DNA of 32,000 bases from Xanthomonas campestris pv. campestris str. ATCC 33913 (GTDB lineage Bacteria > Pseudomonadota > Gammaproteobacteria > Xanthomonadales > Xanthomonadaceae). The DNA lies in contig NC_003902.1 of assembly GCF_000007145.1 (NCBI RefSeq), positions 877,436-909,435 on the forward strand. Reading direction: 5' to 3'. Positions 19,702 through 30,118 of the stretch are shown piece after piece (within the stretch, counting starts at the first letter, position 1; each line of letters begins with the position of its first letter). The position numbers and the translations under genes are program-made. Under the pieces are notes generated by a model, which was not told the origin of the DNA, made no database searches, and worked only from the letters and a program-made list of their open reading frames with translations.

Positions 19702-20259
19702 ATGTCGATTGTTCTTACCCCGTTTGCCCGCCCGCGATTGTTTCCGCGCGATGGCCGCCGCAACGCCATCCAGGACTGCACGCCCGAGCAGTTCATCCAG
19801 CGCCTCAACGATGAAACGCCAGTGCGGGTGATCGAAGGCTACGCGCCATTCTGCCGGCTGCATGCGCATCGCAATTGGACCTCGACACGCTGCCTGACCG
19901 TCCCCATCACCGATGCCAATCGCCATCAGCTGCGCTCCGGCTACGAGGCACGCAATTCGCAGGAATTACCAGTCCTGGTGCGCTGGTTCGAAGGCGTGGA
20001 GCCGCCGCTGGCTACCTACTTGCTGCCCATCCTCTACAGCCGCGATCAGCTGGCCAAGGAGGGCAGCCCCATCGACGCGGACTGGGGCGTGGTTGGTTGC
20101 CTGTACACCGCCGAGCCAGACGAAATTCCCATGACCCCCATCACCATGCTGCGCAATGCGCTGGGTGTGCAAGAGGGCGGTTCCGGCGTGCCGCTGGATC
20201 GCGATGCCTACCGCCGCGCGGTGGCGTTCTGGGATGCCAACGCGAATTGGCGCCCCTGA
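19702..20259 (+). CDS. Conserved hypothetical protein, DUF3228-like (family assignment from memory, unverified)
   Basis: 185 aa from ATG 19702 (MSIVLTPFARPRLF...VIEGYAPFCRLHAHRNWT...). Third-position GC is high. The upstream part of the ORF-track ORF was rejected. Confidence 0.7.
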   Translation: MSIVLTPFARPRLFPRDGRRNAIQDCTPEQFIQRLNDETPVRVIEGYAPFCRLHAHRNWTSTRCLTVPITDANRHQLRSGYEARNSQELPVLVRWFEGVEPPLATYLLPILYSRDQLAKEGSPIDADWGVVGCLYTAEPDEIPMTPITMLRNALGVQEGGSGVPLDRDAYRRAVAFWDANANWRP

Positions 20260-20358
20260 CGCGAGGCGTTGGGCGTAGCGGTTGCACATGGGCCTGCGCC
20301 TTCGTCTTCGTCAACTGCCTGCAGGCGACCGGCGTTCACGCACCGCGCTCAAGCAGCG

Positions 20359-20667
20359 TTAGCCGGCGCCTAGCACGGGCATCTCGGGGGCCGTCCACGT
20401 CACCGTGATGATGGCGCCGTGCACCAGCCCTTGCTCCCTGAGCTGCGCAAAGACCGCGGCGGGCGGCCAGCCTGCAGGCGCATCGGCAAACGGAAGCTGC
20501 AGCGATTGCACCAGGCTGAACGTCTTGGCCAGTCGCTCTGGTGTGCGGACGTCCAGCACGATCCCGTCGCTTGTCGCGGCCCCTTGCGCCAGTAGCGTTT
20601 GATACGCGGCGCCTGGCGCGCAGGTGACATGGATCTGATGTTCCATCACCGCGCGGACATGATTCAC
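20359..20667 (-). CDS. Hypothetical protein (orphan ORF, weak support)
   Basis: 102-codon ORF directly downstream of the SHOCT gene on the same strand. Codon bias is moderate, there is no clear SD, and the start is uncertain (GTG 20667 or ATG 20646). I recognise no family. Confidence 0.35.
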   Translation of the reverse strand: MNHVRAVMEHQIHVTCAPGAAYQTLLAQGAATSDGIVLDVRTPERLAKTFSLVQSLQLPFADAPAGWPPAAVFAQLREQGLVHGAIITVTWTAPEMPVLGAG

Positions 20668-20683
20668 CGGCAGGTGCAGCCGC

Positions 20684-20935
20684 TCAAAGATCGCTCAGAA
20701 TTCGAGTGCGTCGCTGGGTGTACTCGGCGTCGGTGATCAGCTGCTGAGACTTGAGCCGATTCAGTTCGGCCAGCCGGGATTCGGTGGTCTTCAGTGCCGC
20801 TGTAGTGCCTGCGGCAGATGCACCGGGTTTGCGTGAAGCGCGCTTGGCAAGCCAGACGATCGCGCTGATGACGGCAGCGATGATGCCGAAAAACACAAGA
20901 ACGATGAGCCAATGCCAGATGCTGAAGCTACCCAT
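20684..20935 (-). CDS. SHOCT-domain small membrane protein
   Basis: The N-terminal TM helix is WHWLIVLVFFGIIAAVISAIVWL. The C-terminal RLAELNRLKSQQLITDAEYTQRRTRILSDL fits the SHOCT motif (L..L..L...G.It.eEy...+..lL). Confidence 0.7.
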   Translation of the reverse strand: MGSFSIWHWLIVLVFFGIIAAVISAIVWLAKRASRKPGASAAGTTAALKTTESRLAELNRLKSQQLITDAEYTQRRTRILSDL

Positions 20936-21212
20936 GCGGTGTCCTTTTTAGATGGGCTGAAAGAGCCGGCGCGTTCTGCCGCAACCGCGTGCAGGCAAGG
21001 CAGGGGCGACGCCCGGGCCGGTACGTTACCGCCGGCGTGTGCAGCCTGTCGAGCGCAAGGGTCCAGATGCAACGGACTGAGCAATGCGTCGAGCATCGAA
21101 CGTGCTGAGTTGGCAGCCACGCTTGCAAGGCGAGCGAAGCACGCGGTTCAAGTGTGTGTGACCCGAACCTCAACCGCTTTGCGGCGCACTGTTCTCGGCA
21201 ATGTCCTCAAAC

Positions 21213-21243
21213 AAAAAACGGGCGCCTTGCGGCGCCCGTTTTT
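21213..21243. terminator. Bidirectional rho-independent terminator immediately downstream of ahcY
   Basis: AAAAAA-CGGGCGCC-ttgc-GGCGCCCG-TTTTT forms a perfect 8-bp GC stem flanked by an A6 run and a T5 run. It lies 29 nt after the ahcY stop codon. Confidence 0.9.
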
Positions 21244-21271
21244 GTCTACATGGCGATGTCTTGCCAATGGA

Positions 21272-22714
<1,443 letters not shown>

Positions 22715-22747
22715 CAGTTGCTCCGGTAGGCAGGCGAATGTCTGCAA

Positions 22748-22860
22748 TTCCGGGCGCCGTTTCACGAAAAATCCCTGTCGAGCCTGGCCGTTGTTGCCCG
22801 CACTTTTCGTGCAGGTGGCAGATGAATCTGCCGTACCGGTCGCAGCGCCCCTCGACGAGG
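22748..22860 (-). promoter_or_regulatory. SAH riboswitch (S-adenosylhomocysteine-sensing; Rfam SAH_riboswitch class) in the ahcY leader
   Basis: The gene-strand sequence is CCUCGUCGAGGGGCGCUGCGACC...GGCCAGGCUCGACAGG...AAACGGCGCCC. It matches the conserved SAH core GAGGAGCGCUGCGAC / CAGGCUCG / AACGGCGCUC. An A-to-G change in the 5' strand is compensated by a U-to-C change in its pairing partner. Confidence 0.85.
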
Positions 22861-22865
22861 GTCTG

Positions 22866-22871
22866 ATTATA
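22866..22871 (-). promoter_or_regulatory. Consensus -10 hexamer (TATAAT) for the ahcY riboswitch transcript
   Basis: The gene strand reads gccgaTATAATcagaccctcg, ending 5 nt before the first conserved riboswitch nucleotides. I found no convincing -35 element. Confidence 0.5.
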
Positions 22872-22981
22872 TCGGCAGCACCCCCGTCCGGCATGAATTG
22901 CCGCCCACCCCAACCAACGACAGGGGGAGCCGGGCCGCCCGGCTGCTATGGTCCAAGCCTTATTCGACACCGGGGAAGGGC

Positions 22982-25522
22982 ATGCAGGCGAGACGCACCA
23001 GGCGGCAGGGGTGGCAACGGGGCTGGGTGGTGTTGGGCTGGCTGGCGCTGAGCGTCCCGGCCCTGGCGCAGCCGGCGGCCCCGCCGACGTCCTTGCCGAC
23101 CACCGGCTACCAGCTGCCCTCCAAGGCGCTGCAGGCGGTGGTGGACGCGCCGCGCGCGCCGTTGCTGCAGCTGTCGCCACGGCGCGACCTGGCGGCCATG
23201 CTGCAGCTGCCGGCGCTGCCGGACATTGCCGAGGTGGCGCAGCCCGAGCTCAAGCTGGCCGGCGTGCGCATCCATCCCAAGACCCACGCCGCCAGCCGGT
23301 TCTCCTTCGCCAGCAAGCTGTGGCTGCTGTCGGTGGCCGATGGCAGCGAGCGCCAGATCGCAGGCCTGCCGGCGCCGTTGTCGCTGGCCGACCTGGCCTG
23401 GTCGCCCGACCAGCGCTCTCTGGCCTTCCGCCGCGAGGATGCGGCCAGTGGTGCCAACGAGCTGTGGGTGGTGGATGTGGCGGCGGGGCAGGCGCGTCGC
23501 CTGCTGGCCGACGTGAATACCAGCATCAACGACGAACTGCACTGGCTGCCCGATAGCAGTGGGTTGCTGGTGCAGCAGCAACTGCGTGACCAGACCGCAC
23601 CGCCCGCCCGCGACGCGGTGCCGGCGGGCCCGGCAATCCAGCAGACCAGCGCCGATGCCGGCGTGCGCGCGATCCGCACCTATCAGGATCTGCTCCGCAA
23701 CGAAGCCGATGCGCGGCTGTTCGAGTACTACGCCACCGCGCAGCCGGTGATCGTTGGGGTGAACGGGCAGGTGCGGCCGATTGCCGCGCCCGGGATCTAT
23801 CTGCACCTGTCGGTGTCGCCGGATGGCCGCTACGTGCTGAGCGAGCGCAGCGAGCGCCCATTCTCGTATCTGGCGCCGCTGGACGCGTTCGCGCGCCGCA
23901 TCGAGGTGCTGGATCTGCAGGGCAAGCTGGTCCGCCAGGTCGCGCAACTGCCGCTGGTGGAAGGCTTGCCGACCGGCAATGACGCCGTACCCACCGGCGT
24001 GCGCGAAATCGCCTGGCGCGCCGATGCGCCGGCCACCCTGGTCTGGGCCGAAGCCCAGGACGGCGGCGACCCGGCGCGCACCAGCGCCGTGCGTGATGCG
24101 TTGCTGATGCAGGCCGCGCCCTTCAACCGTGCGCCGGTCACCCTGGCCAAGCTCGGCAGCCGGTTCGAGGGCGTGCACTGGGGCCGGGGCGACCTGGCCA
24201 TCATCAGCGAGAGCTGGTGGAAGACCCGCCGCACCAAACAGTGGCGCATCGCACCGGACCAACCACAGCGCGCGCCGGAACTGCTGTGGGACCGCTCCTC
24301 GCAGGACCGCTACAACGACCCCGGAACGCCGGCGCTGATCGCCGACGGCAACGGCCATGCGCTGCTGCAGACCGGTGCCGATGGCAACAGCCTGTTCCTG
24401 CTTGGCAAGGGCGCTTCGCCGGAAGGCGACCGCCCGTTCGTGGACCGCTTCGATCTGCAGAGCAAACGCACCACGCGGCTGTTCCACTCAAAGGCGCCCA
24501 CCTATGCCGCACCGATCGCGCTGCTGGATACGCAGGGCACGCAGCTGTTGCTCAGCCGCGAATCGCCCGAGGAGCCGGCCAACTACTACGTGCAGACACT
24601 GGGCGACGCGGCGGCCACACCGCGGGCGCTGACCCGCTTTGCGCACCCGTTGCCGCAATTGCGCGGCGTGCAGAAGGAGCAGATCCGCTACAAGCGCAAT
24701 GACGGCGTGGACCTCACCGCCACGTTGCTGCTGCCGCCCGGCTACGACCCCAAACGCGATGGCCCGCGGCCGCTGTTGATGTGGGCCTACCCGGGCGAGT
24801 TCAAAAGCGCCGACACCGCCAGCCAGGTCACCGACTCGCCGTATCGCTTCAATGCCATCAGCTACTGGGGCCCGCAGGCGTTTCTGGCGATCGGCTACGT
24901 GGTGCTCAACAACCCGGCCATGCCGATCGTGGGCGAAGGCGATGCCGAACCCAACGACACCTACCTGCCGCAGCTCATCGCCGATGCGCAGGCCGCGGTG
25001 GATGAAGTGGTGCGGCGTGGGGTGACCGACCGCGAGCACATCGCCATCGGCGGGCATTCCTATGGCGCGTTCATGACCGCCAACCTGCTCGCGCACACGC
25101 GCTTGTTCAAGGCCGGCATCGCGCGCAGTGGCGCGTACAACCGCAGCCTCACGCCTTTCGGCTTCCAGGCCGAGGAACGCAATTACTGGCAGGCGCAACC
25201 GGTGTATCAGGCAATGTCGCCGTTCAACTACGCCGACAAGATCAAGGATCCGCTGCTGTTGATCCACGGCCAGGACGACAACAACAGCGGCACCTTCCCG
25301 ATCCAGAGCGAGCGCCTGTTCACCGCGATCAAGGGTCTGGGCGGCAACGCGCGGCTGGTGATGCTGCCCAACGAAGCGCACGCCTACCGTGCGCGGCAGT
25401 CGATCCTGCACATGCTGGCCGAGAGCGAACAGTGGTTGAAGATGACGCTGGGTGAGGCCAACGCGCCAGCCACTCCGCGCAATCGCTGCGCAACACCGCA
25501 CACGCACGGCGGCTCCACGTAG
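22982..25522 (+). CDS. S9 family serine peptidase (prolyl oligopeptidase/dipeptidyl-peptidase type) with N-terminal beta-propeller and signal peptide
   Basis: From ATG 22982. The signal peptide is GWVVLGWLALSVPALAQP. The catalytic Ser is in GGHSYGAFMT, the Asp in IHGQDDNN and the His in NEAHAY. Confidence 0.9.
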   Translation: MQARRTRRQGWQRGWVVLGWLALSVPALAQPAAPPTSLPTTGYQLPSKALQAVVDAPRAPLLQLSPRRDLAAMLQLPALPDIAEVAQPELKLAGVRIHPKTHAASRFSFASKLWLLSVADGSERQIAGLPAPLSLADLAWSPDQRSLAFRREDAASGANELWVVDVAAGQARRLLADVNTSINDELHWLPDSSGLLVQQQLRDQTAPPARDAVPAGPAIQQTSADAGVRAIRTYQDLLRNEADARLFEYYATAQPVIVGVNGQVRPIAAPGIYLHLSVSPDGRYVLSERSERPFSYLAPLDAFARRIEVLDLQGKLVRQVAQLPLVEGLPTGNDAVPTGVREIAWRADAPATLVWAEAQDGGDPARTSAVRDALLMQAAPFNRAPVTLAKLGSRFEGVHWGRGDLAIISESWWKTRRTKQWRIAPDQPQRAPELLWDRSSQDRYNDPGTPALIADGNGHALLQTGADGNSLFLLGKGASPEGDRPFVDRFDLQSKRTTRLFHSKAPTYAAPIALLDTQGTQLLLSRESPEEPANYYVQTLGDAAATPRALTRFAHPLPQLRGVQKEQIRYKRNDGVDLTATLLLPPGYDPKRDGPRPLLMWAYPGEFKSADTASQVTDSPYRFNAISYWGPQAFLAIGYVVLNNPAMPIVGEGDAEPNDTYLPQLIADAQAAVDEVVRRGVTDREHIAIGGHSYGAFMTANLLAHTRLFKAGIARSGAYNRSLTPFGFQAEERNYWQAQPVYQAMSPFNYADKIKDPLLLIHGQDDNNSGTFPIQSERLFTAIKGLGGNARLVMLPNEAHAYRARQSILHMLAESEQWLKMTLGEANAPATPRNRCATPHTHGGST

Positions 25523-25585
25523 GAGCGCGCTTGCGCGCGATGAGGCATTGCCGATAACGCCCATCGCGCGCAAGCGCGCTGCTAC
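25519..25585. repeat. REP-like palindromic element pair (GTAGGAGCGCGCTTGCGCGCGATG inverted repeat)
   Basis: Arm 1 (25519-25542) and arm 2 (25562-25585) are reverse complements at 23 of 24 positions, with a 19-nt spacer. Each arm also contains the internal palindrome GCGCGCttGCGCGC. The peptidase stop codon TAG (25520-25522) lies inside arm 1. Confidence 0.8.
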
Positions 25586-25710
25586 GACGAAGACATCAAG
25601 CGCCCGTCAACGCGATGGTTCAAGGTGAAACCGTCGCGTCTGTCGCGATCATCTAATCCTTTTGGGTTAGTCTTCGACGACTTTGCGCTTGAAGAGGGTG
25701 TGCGTTTCCG

Positions 25711-28425
25711 ATGAACGAGTACCGCAGCAGTCTTGTCTTCGCTACCCCCGACGTTCCCTTGCGCGACGATGTCCGTCGGCTCGGTGCCCTGGTCGGTGAC
25801 CTGCTCGCCGAGCAGGTGTCTGCGGACTTTCTTGAAGAAATCGAACGCATCCGCACCACCGCGATCGCACGCCGCGAAAGCGATACGCCGCCCGCCGGCT
25901 TGCTGTCGCTGCTGGAAGGCCGCGAACCGCGCGCCGCCGAGGCCTTGGTGCGTGCCTTCAGTACCTATTTCCAGGTGGTCAACATCGCCGAGCGCGTGCA
26001 CCGCATCCGGCGCCGGCGCGACTACCAGCGCAGCGGTACCGACACCCCGCAGCCGGAAGGCCTGCACGATGCGCTGCGCCGGCTCAAGGCGCAGGGCGTG
26101 ACGTTGGACGAGTTGAGCGAATGGCTGCCGCGCATCGACGTGGAGCCGGTGTTCACCGCGCATCCCACCGAGGCGGTGCGCCGCGCCTTGCTCGAAAAAG
26201 AACAGCTGATGGTCGCCAGCCTGGTCGACAACCTGGATGGCATGCGCACGCCCAATGAGCGCGCCACCGATGCGGCGCGGTTCCGCATGGCGTTGACCGC
26301 GTCCTGGCAGACCGCCGATTCCTCGCCGGTGCGCCCCACCGTGGAAGACGAGCGCGAGCACGTGGGCTTCTATCTCACCCAGGTGCTCTACCGCGTCATC
26401 CCGGTGATGTACGAAACCCTGGAACACGCCATCGAAGAAACCTACGGCAGCACGCTGGCGTTGCCGCGCCTGCTGCGCTTCGGCACCTGGGTCGGTGGCG
26501 ACATGGACGGCAATCCCAACGTGGATGCGCACACCATTGCCGGCACCCTGGACGCGCAACGGCGCGCGGTGCTGGACCGTTATCTCAACGAGTTGTGGCA
26601 GCTGGCGAGCCTGCTCAGCCAATCCACCACGCTGGTGGCGGTGAGCCCGGCGCTGAGCGCGCAGCTGGAACGCTACCAGGCGCTGCTGCCCGACGCCGCC
26701 GCACGCTCGCGGCCGCGCCACGGCGACATGCCGTACCGCCTGCTCAACGACCTGATGCGCGCGCGCCTGCAGGCCACCCTGGACGATGCCGACGGCGCCT
26801 ACGCCGCGCCTGCCGAGCTGGAACACGACCTGCAACTGATCCTGGACAGCCTGGAGGTCAACAAGGGCTTGCACGCGGGCTGGTTCGCAGTGCGCCGCCT
26901 GCTGTGGCGCGTGCGCAGCTTCGGTTTCCATCTGGCGCGGCTGGATGTGCGCCAGGAATCCAGCGTGCATGCGCGCGCGGTGGCCGATGCATTGGGGCAA
27001 GCCGATTGGGACAGCCAGGACGCCACCCACCGTGCCGGTCTGCTCGGCCCATATGCCTCGGGTGAGCAGGCGTTGCCGCAGGTGGACGACGAAGGCAACG
27101 CGCGGCTGGATGCGGTGTTCGCCGCGCTCGCCGATGCACGCACGCGGCATGGTGCCGATGCGCTGGGCAGCTACATCATTTCGATGGCGCACAATCGCGC
27201 CGACGTGCTCACCGTGCTAGCGCTGGCGCGGCGTGGTGGCCTGGTCGATGACGCCGGTGCGGTGCCGCTGGACATCGTGCCGCTGTTCGAAACCGTGGAC
27301 GATCTGCGCGGCGGCACCGGCACCGTGCAGGACCTGCTGGCCGACCCGGTGTATCGCCAGCACCTGCGCGCGCGCGGCGACACCCAGATGGTGATGCTGG
27401 GGTATTCGGACAGTGGCAAGGACGGCGGCATTGCGGCCTCGCGCTGGGGCCTGCAACGCGCCCAGGTGGAGCTGCTGGAGGCCGCCGCCGAACTCGGCGT
27501 GCGCCTGACCTTCTTCCACGGCCGCGGTGGTTCGATCGTGCGGGGCGGTGGCAAGACCACCCGCGCGCTGGATGCAGCGCCGCGCGGCAGCGTGGATGGA
27601 CGCCTGCGCGTGACCGAGCAGGGCGAGGTGATCCATCGCAAGTACGGCATCCGCGCGCTGGCGTTACGCTCGCTGGAGCAGATGACCGGCGCGGTGTTGT
27701 TGTCCAGCCTGCGCCCGCGCGCGCCGGAGCCGCGCGAAGACGCCTGGCGGCCAGTGATGGATCTGGTGGCCGAGCGCAGCACGGTGGCGTATCGCGGTTT
27801 TGTCGGCGCGCCGGATTTCATGCAGTACTTCCGCCTGGCCACGCCGATCGATGTGATCGAACGCATGACGCTGGGCTCGCGCCCCTCGCGCCGGCTGGGC
27901 CAGGACGCGGCGTTGTCGAACCTGCGCGCGATTCCCTGGGTGTTTGCCTGGAGCCAGGCGCGTGCGGTGATCCCCGGCTGGTACGGCGTGGGCAGTGGCC
28001 TGCAGGCCGCGGTGGAGGCCGGGCACGAAGACAGCCTGCGCGAGATGGCGCAGGACTGGCCGTTCTTCCGCACCTTCCTGGACGACATCGCCATGGTGCT
28101 ATCCAAGGGCGATCTCAATATCGCCGAGCTGTTCTCGCGCCTGGCTGGCCCGCTGCACGCGCGTTTCTTCCCGCGCATTCGCGACGAACTCGCGCTGACC
28201 AAGCACTGGGTCAAGACCTTGCTCGGGCAGCGCTCGTTGCTGCAGCACGACCCGCGCCTGGCGTTGTCGATCCGGCTGCGCAACCCGTACATCGACCCGA
28301 TCAGCGTGTTGCAGGTGGATCTGCTGCAGCGCTGGCGTGCCACCGATGGCGAAGACGAAGAACTGCTGCGTGCGCTGGTGGCATGCGTCAACGGAGTGGC
28401 GCAGGGCGTGCAGAACACCGGCTGA
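25711..28425 (+). CDS. ppc: Phosphoenolpyruvate carboxylase
   Basis: 904 aa. Motifs include [18 protein letters not shown] and [13 protein letters not shown], with the diagnostic C-terminus GVQNTG. Confidence 0.98.
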   Translation: MNEYRSSLVFATPDVPLRDDVRRLGALVGDLLAEQVSADFLEEIERIRTTAIARRESDTPPAGLLSLLEGREPRAAEALVRAFSTYFQVVNIAERVHRIRRRRDYQRSGTDTPQPEGLHDALRRLKAQGVTLDELSEWLPRIDVEPVFTAHPTEAVRRALLEKEQLMVASLVDNLDGMRTPNERATDAARFRMALTASWQTADSSPVRPTVEDEREHVGFYLTQVLYRVIPVMYETLEHAIEETYGSTLALPRLLRFGTWVGGDMDGNPNVDAHTIAGTLDAQRRAVLDRYLNELWQLASLLSQSTTLVAVSPALSAQLERYQALLPDAAARSRPRHGDMPYRLLNDLMRARLQATLDDADGAYAAPAELEHDLQLILDSLEVNKGLHAGWFAVRRLLWRVRSFGFHLARLDVRQESSVHARAVADALGQADWDSQDATHRAGLLGPYASGEQALPQVDDEGNARLDAVFAALADARTRHGADALGSYIISMAHNRADVLTVLALARRGGLVDDAGAVPLDIVPLFETVDDLRGGTGTVQDLLADPVYRQHLRARGDTQMVMLGYSDSGKDGGIAASRWGLQRAQVELLEAAAELGVRLTFFHGRGGSIVRGGGKTTRALDAAPRGSVDGRLRVTEQGEVIHRKYGIRALALRSLEQMTGAVLLSSLRPRAPEPREDAWRPVMDLVAERSTVAYRGFVGAPDFMQYFRLATPIDVIERMTLGSRPSRRLGQDAALSNLRAIPWVFAWSQARAVIPGWYGVGSGLQAAVEAGHEDSLREMAQDWPFFRTFLDDIAMVLSKGDLNIAELFSRLAGPLHARFFPRIRDELALTKHWVKTLLGQRSLLQHDPRLALSIRLRNPYIDPISVLQVDLLQRWRATDGEDEELLRALVACVNGVAQGVQNTG

Positions 28426-28442
28426 TCCGACCGTTGGTCGGA
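28426..28442 (+). terminator. Short stem-loop immediately after the ppc stop (weak terminator candidate)
   Basis: TCCGACC-gtt-GGTCGGA forms a 7-bp stem. No U-tract follows it. Confidence 0.3.
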
Positions 28443-28478
28443 GAGTGCGTGCATTCGGCAAGCGGGCTCTGGCGCAAC

Positions 28479-28494
28479 CGGACAAATCTGTCCG
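28479..28494. promoter_or_regulatory. Candidate TetR operator: perfect inverted repeat CGGACA-aatc-TGTCCG abutting a GATAAT -10-like hexamer
   Basis: The 6-4-6 palindrome lies 12 nt upstream of the tetR ATG (28506). GATAAT at 28494-28499 shares its first base with the palindrome. The ppc-tetR spacer is only 80 bp. Confidence 0.5.
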
Positions 28495-28505
28495 ATAATG
28501 CCGGC

Positions 28506-29078
28506 ATGACAGCTCCCCGCCCCGATGCCGCGCTCCGCCGCCGGCAGATTCTCGACGCCGCCGACGAAGTCTTCAGCGAACACGGCGTCAACGCTCCGCT
28601 AGAACTGGTGGTGGAACGTGCCGGCCTTGGCCGCGCCACGCTGTACCGCAATTTCCCCGACCGCCTGGCCCTGATGACCGCGCTGATGGAGCGCGGCCTG
28701 GATGGACTGGAGCGGCTGGCGGCCGACTTGGGCGATCGCCCGGACGGTCTGGCCGTGCTGCTGCACGATGTGGCCGAACACATCGCCCAGTCCGCACCGA
28801 TGGTGGATTTCTGGCGTTCGATCGAGCGCGCGCATCCGTCAGTGAAAGCGGTCGACCAGCGCGTGGTCGGCATTTTTCTACCGTTCGTACAGCGCGCCAA
28901 GCAGGCCGGCCTGTGCCGCGCGGATCTGGATGAAGAGCAGTTGGTCCTGGTGATGGACATGCTGGGCAGTTGCCTGCGTGGCAGCGACGAAGCCGAGCGC
29001 AAGCGTCTGGCACACCGCTCCGCCGATCTGCTGATGCACGCGCTGGGCATGCCGGTACCGGTTGGCGGCACGCAATGA
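28506..29078 (+). CDS. TetR/AcrR family transcriptional regulator
   Basis: From ATG 28506: RRRQILDAADEVFSEHGVNAPLELVVERAGLGRATLYRNFPDRLALM is the TetR HTH domain. Length is 190 aa. Confidence 0.9.
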   Translation: MTAPRPDAALRRRQILDAADEVFSEHGVNAPLELVVERAGLGRATLYRNFPDRLALMTALMERGLDGLERLAADLGDRPDGLAVLLHDVAEHIAQSAPMVDFWRSIERAHPSVKAVDQRVVGIFLPFVQRAKQAGLCRADLDEEQLVLVMDMLGSCLRGSDEAERKRLAHRSADLLMHALGMPVPVGGTQ

Positions 29079-30118
29079 CACCGGCCACGCGTGCGCGCAT
29101 CGGCCGCTGGGCATTGCGGCTTGCGGTGGTGGTGGCCGCCACGTGGGGCGGGCTGGCGATCTATTTCGCGCTCAGCGGCAATGGCGTGGTGCGCGCCGGG
29201 TGGGTGGCCTCGTGGTGCGCGATGGCGCTCGCTGCGCTGTGGGGCCTGCGGCGCCGGCGCGAGAACTGGGCGCTGGTGGGGATCTTCGCCACCGCCTTCG
29301 TGGCGCTGGGCACGGCGTGGTGGCTGATGCAGCCCAGCCAGGACCGCGACTGGGCCGACGATGTCGCCCAGCGTCTGCGCCCGGAAGTGCACGGCAACCT
29401 GGTCACGCTGCACAACGTGCGCAACTTCGACTGGCATAGCGAAACCGACTACCAGCCGCGCTGGGAAACGCGTCAGTACGATCTGGATCACCTGGTCAGC
29501 GCGGATCTGGCGCTGTCGTACTGGATGGGCCCGGCGATTGCGCACACGCTGGTATCGTTCGGTTTCGACGATGGCTCGCATGTGGTGTTCTCACTGGAGA
29601 TCCGCAAGGAACGCGGCGAATCGTTCTCCGCGCTGGGTGGCTTCTTTCGCAGCTTCGAAGAGACCCTGGTGGCCGCCGACGAGCGCGACATCCTGCGCGT
29701 GCGCACCAACGTGCGTGGCGAGGACATGTATCTGTATCGCCTGAACATTCCCAAGGCCGGCCTGCGCCGCATGTTCATGGGCTATGTGGGGCTGGCCAAC
29801 GACTTGAACCGCGCGCCGGCGTTCTACAACACGCTCACCAGCAACTGCACCACCATTGTGTTTGCGCTGGTGCGCCAGCTGCGGCCGACGTTGCCGCTGG
29901 ATCATCGCCTGCTGTTGTCCGGCTATGCGGACGAATACGCCTTCGACCATCACGGGCTGATGCCGGGCTATGACTTCGCCACGCTGAAGCAACGTGGGCA
30001 TTTCACTGCGCGTGCGCACGCCGCAGACCGCGCCGAAGATTTCTCCGCGCGCATCCGTGCAGGCATGCCGCAGGCACCGGCACCGGCACCGGCATCTGCA
30101 GCGAGCGCACACCGATGA
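29075..30118 (+). CDS. DUF4105 (Lnb-like periplasmic domain) membrane protein
   Basis: The ATG at 29075 overlaps the tetR TGA (ATGA). Three N-terminal TM helices (LAVVVAATWGGLAIYFAL, WVASWCAMALAALWGL, LVGIFATAFVALGTAWWL) precede a domain with HTLVSFGF..GSHVVFSLEIRKE...YNTLTSNCTT, typical of DUF4105. Confidence 0.8.
   Translation: MTPATRARIGRWALRLAVVVAATWGGLAIYFALSGNGVVRAGWVASWCAMALAALWGLRRRRENWALVGIFATAFVALGTAWWLMQPSQDRDWADDVAQRLRPEVHGNLVTLHNVRNFDWHSETDYQPRWETRQYDLDHLVSADLALSYWMGPAIAHTLVSFGFDDGSHVVFSLEIRKERGESFSALGGFFRSFEETLVAADERDILRVRTNVRGEDMYLYRLNIPKAGLRRMFMGYVGLANDLNRAPAFYNTLTSNCTTIVFALVRQLRPTLPLDHRLLLSGYADEYAFDHHGLMPGYDFATLKQRGHFTARAHAADRAEDFSARIRAGMPQAPAPAPASAASAHR

Noticed and set aside
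22946-25573. Minus-strand ORFs 22946..24487 (513 aa) and 24488..25573 (361 aa)
   Set aside because: Both are antisense to the S9 peptidase gene, whose catalytic triad motifs identify the plus strand as coding.
25582-28583. Minus-strand ORFs 25582..27192 (536 aa) and 27171..28583 (470 aa)
   Set aside because: Both are antisense to ppc, which is recognisable along its full length. Their repetitive Arg/Ala/Gly-rich translations have no motifs.
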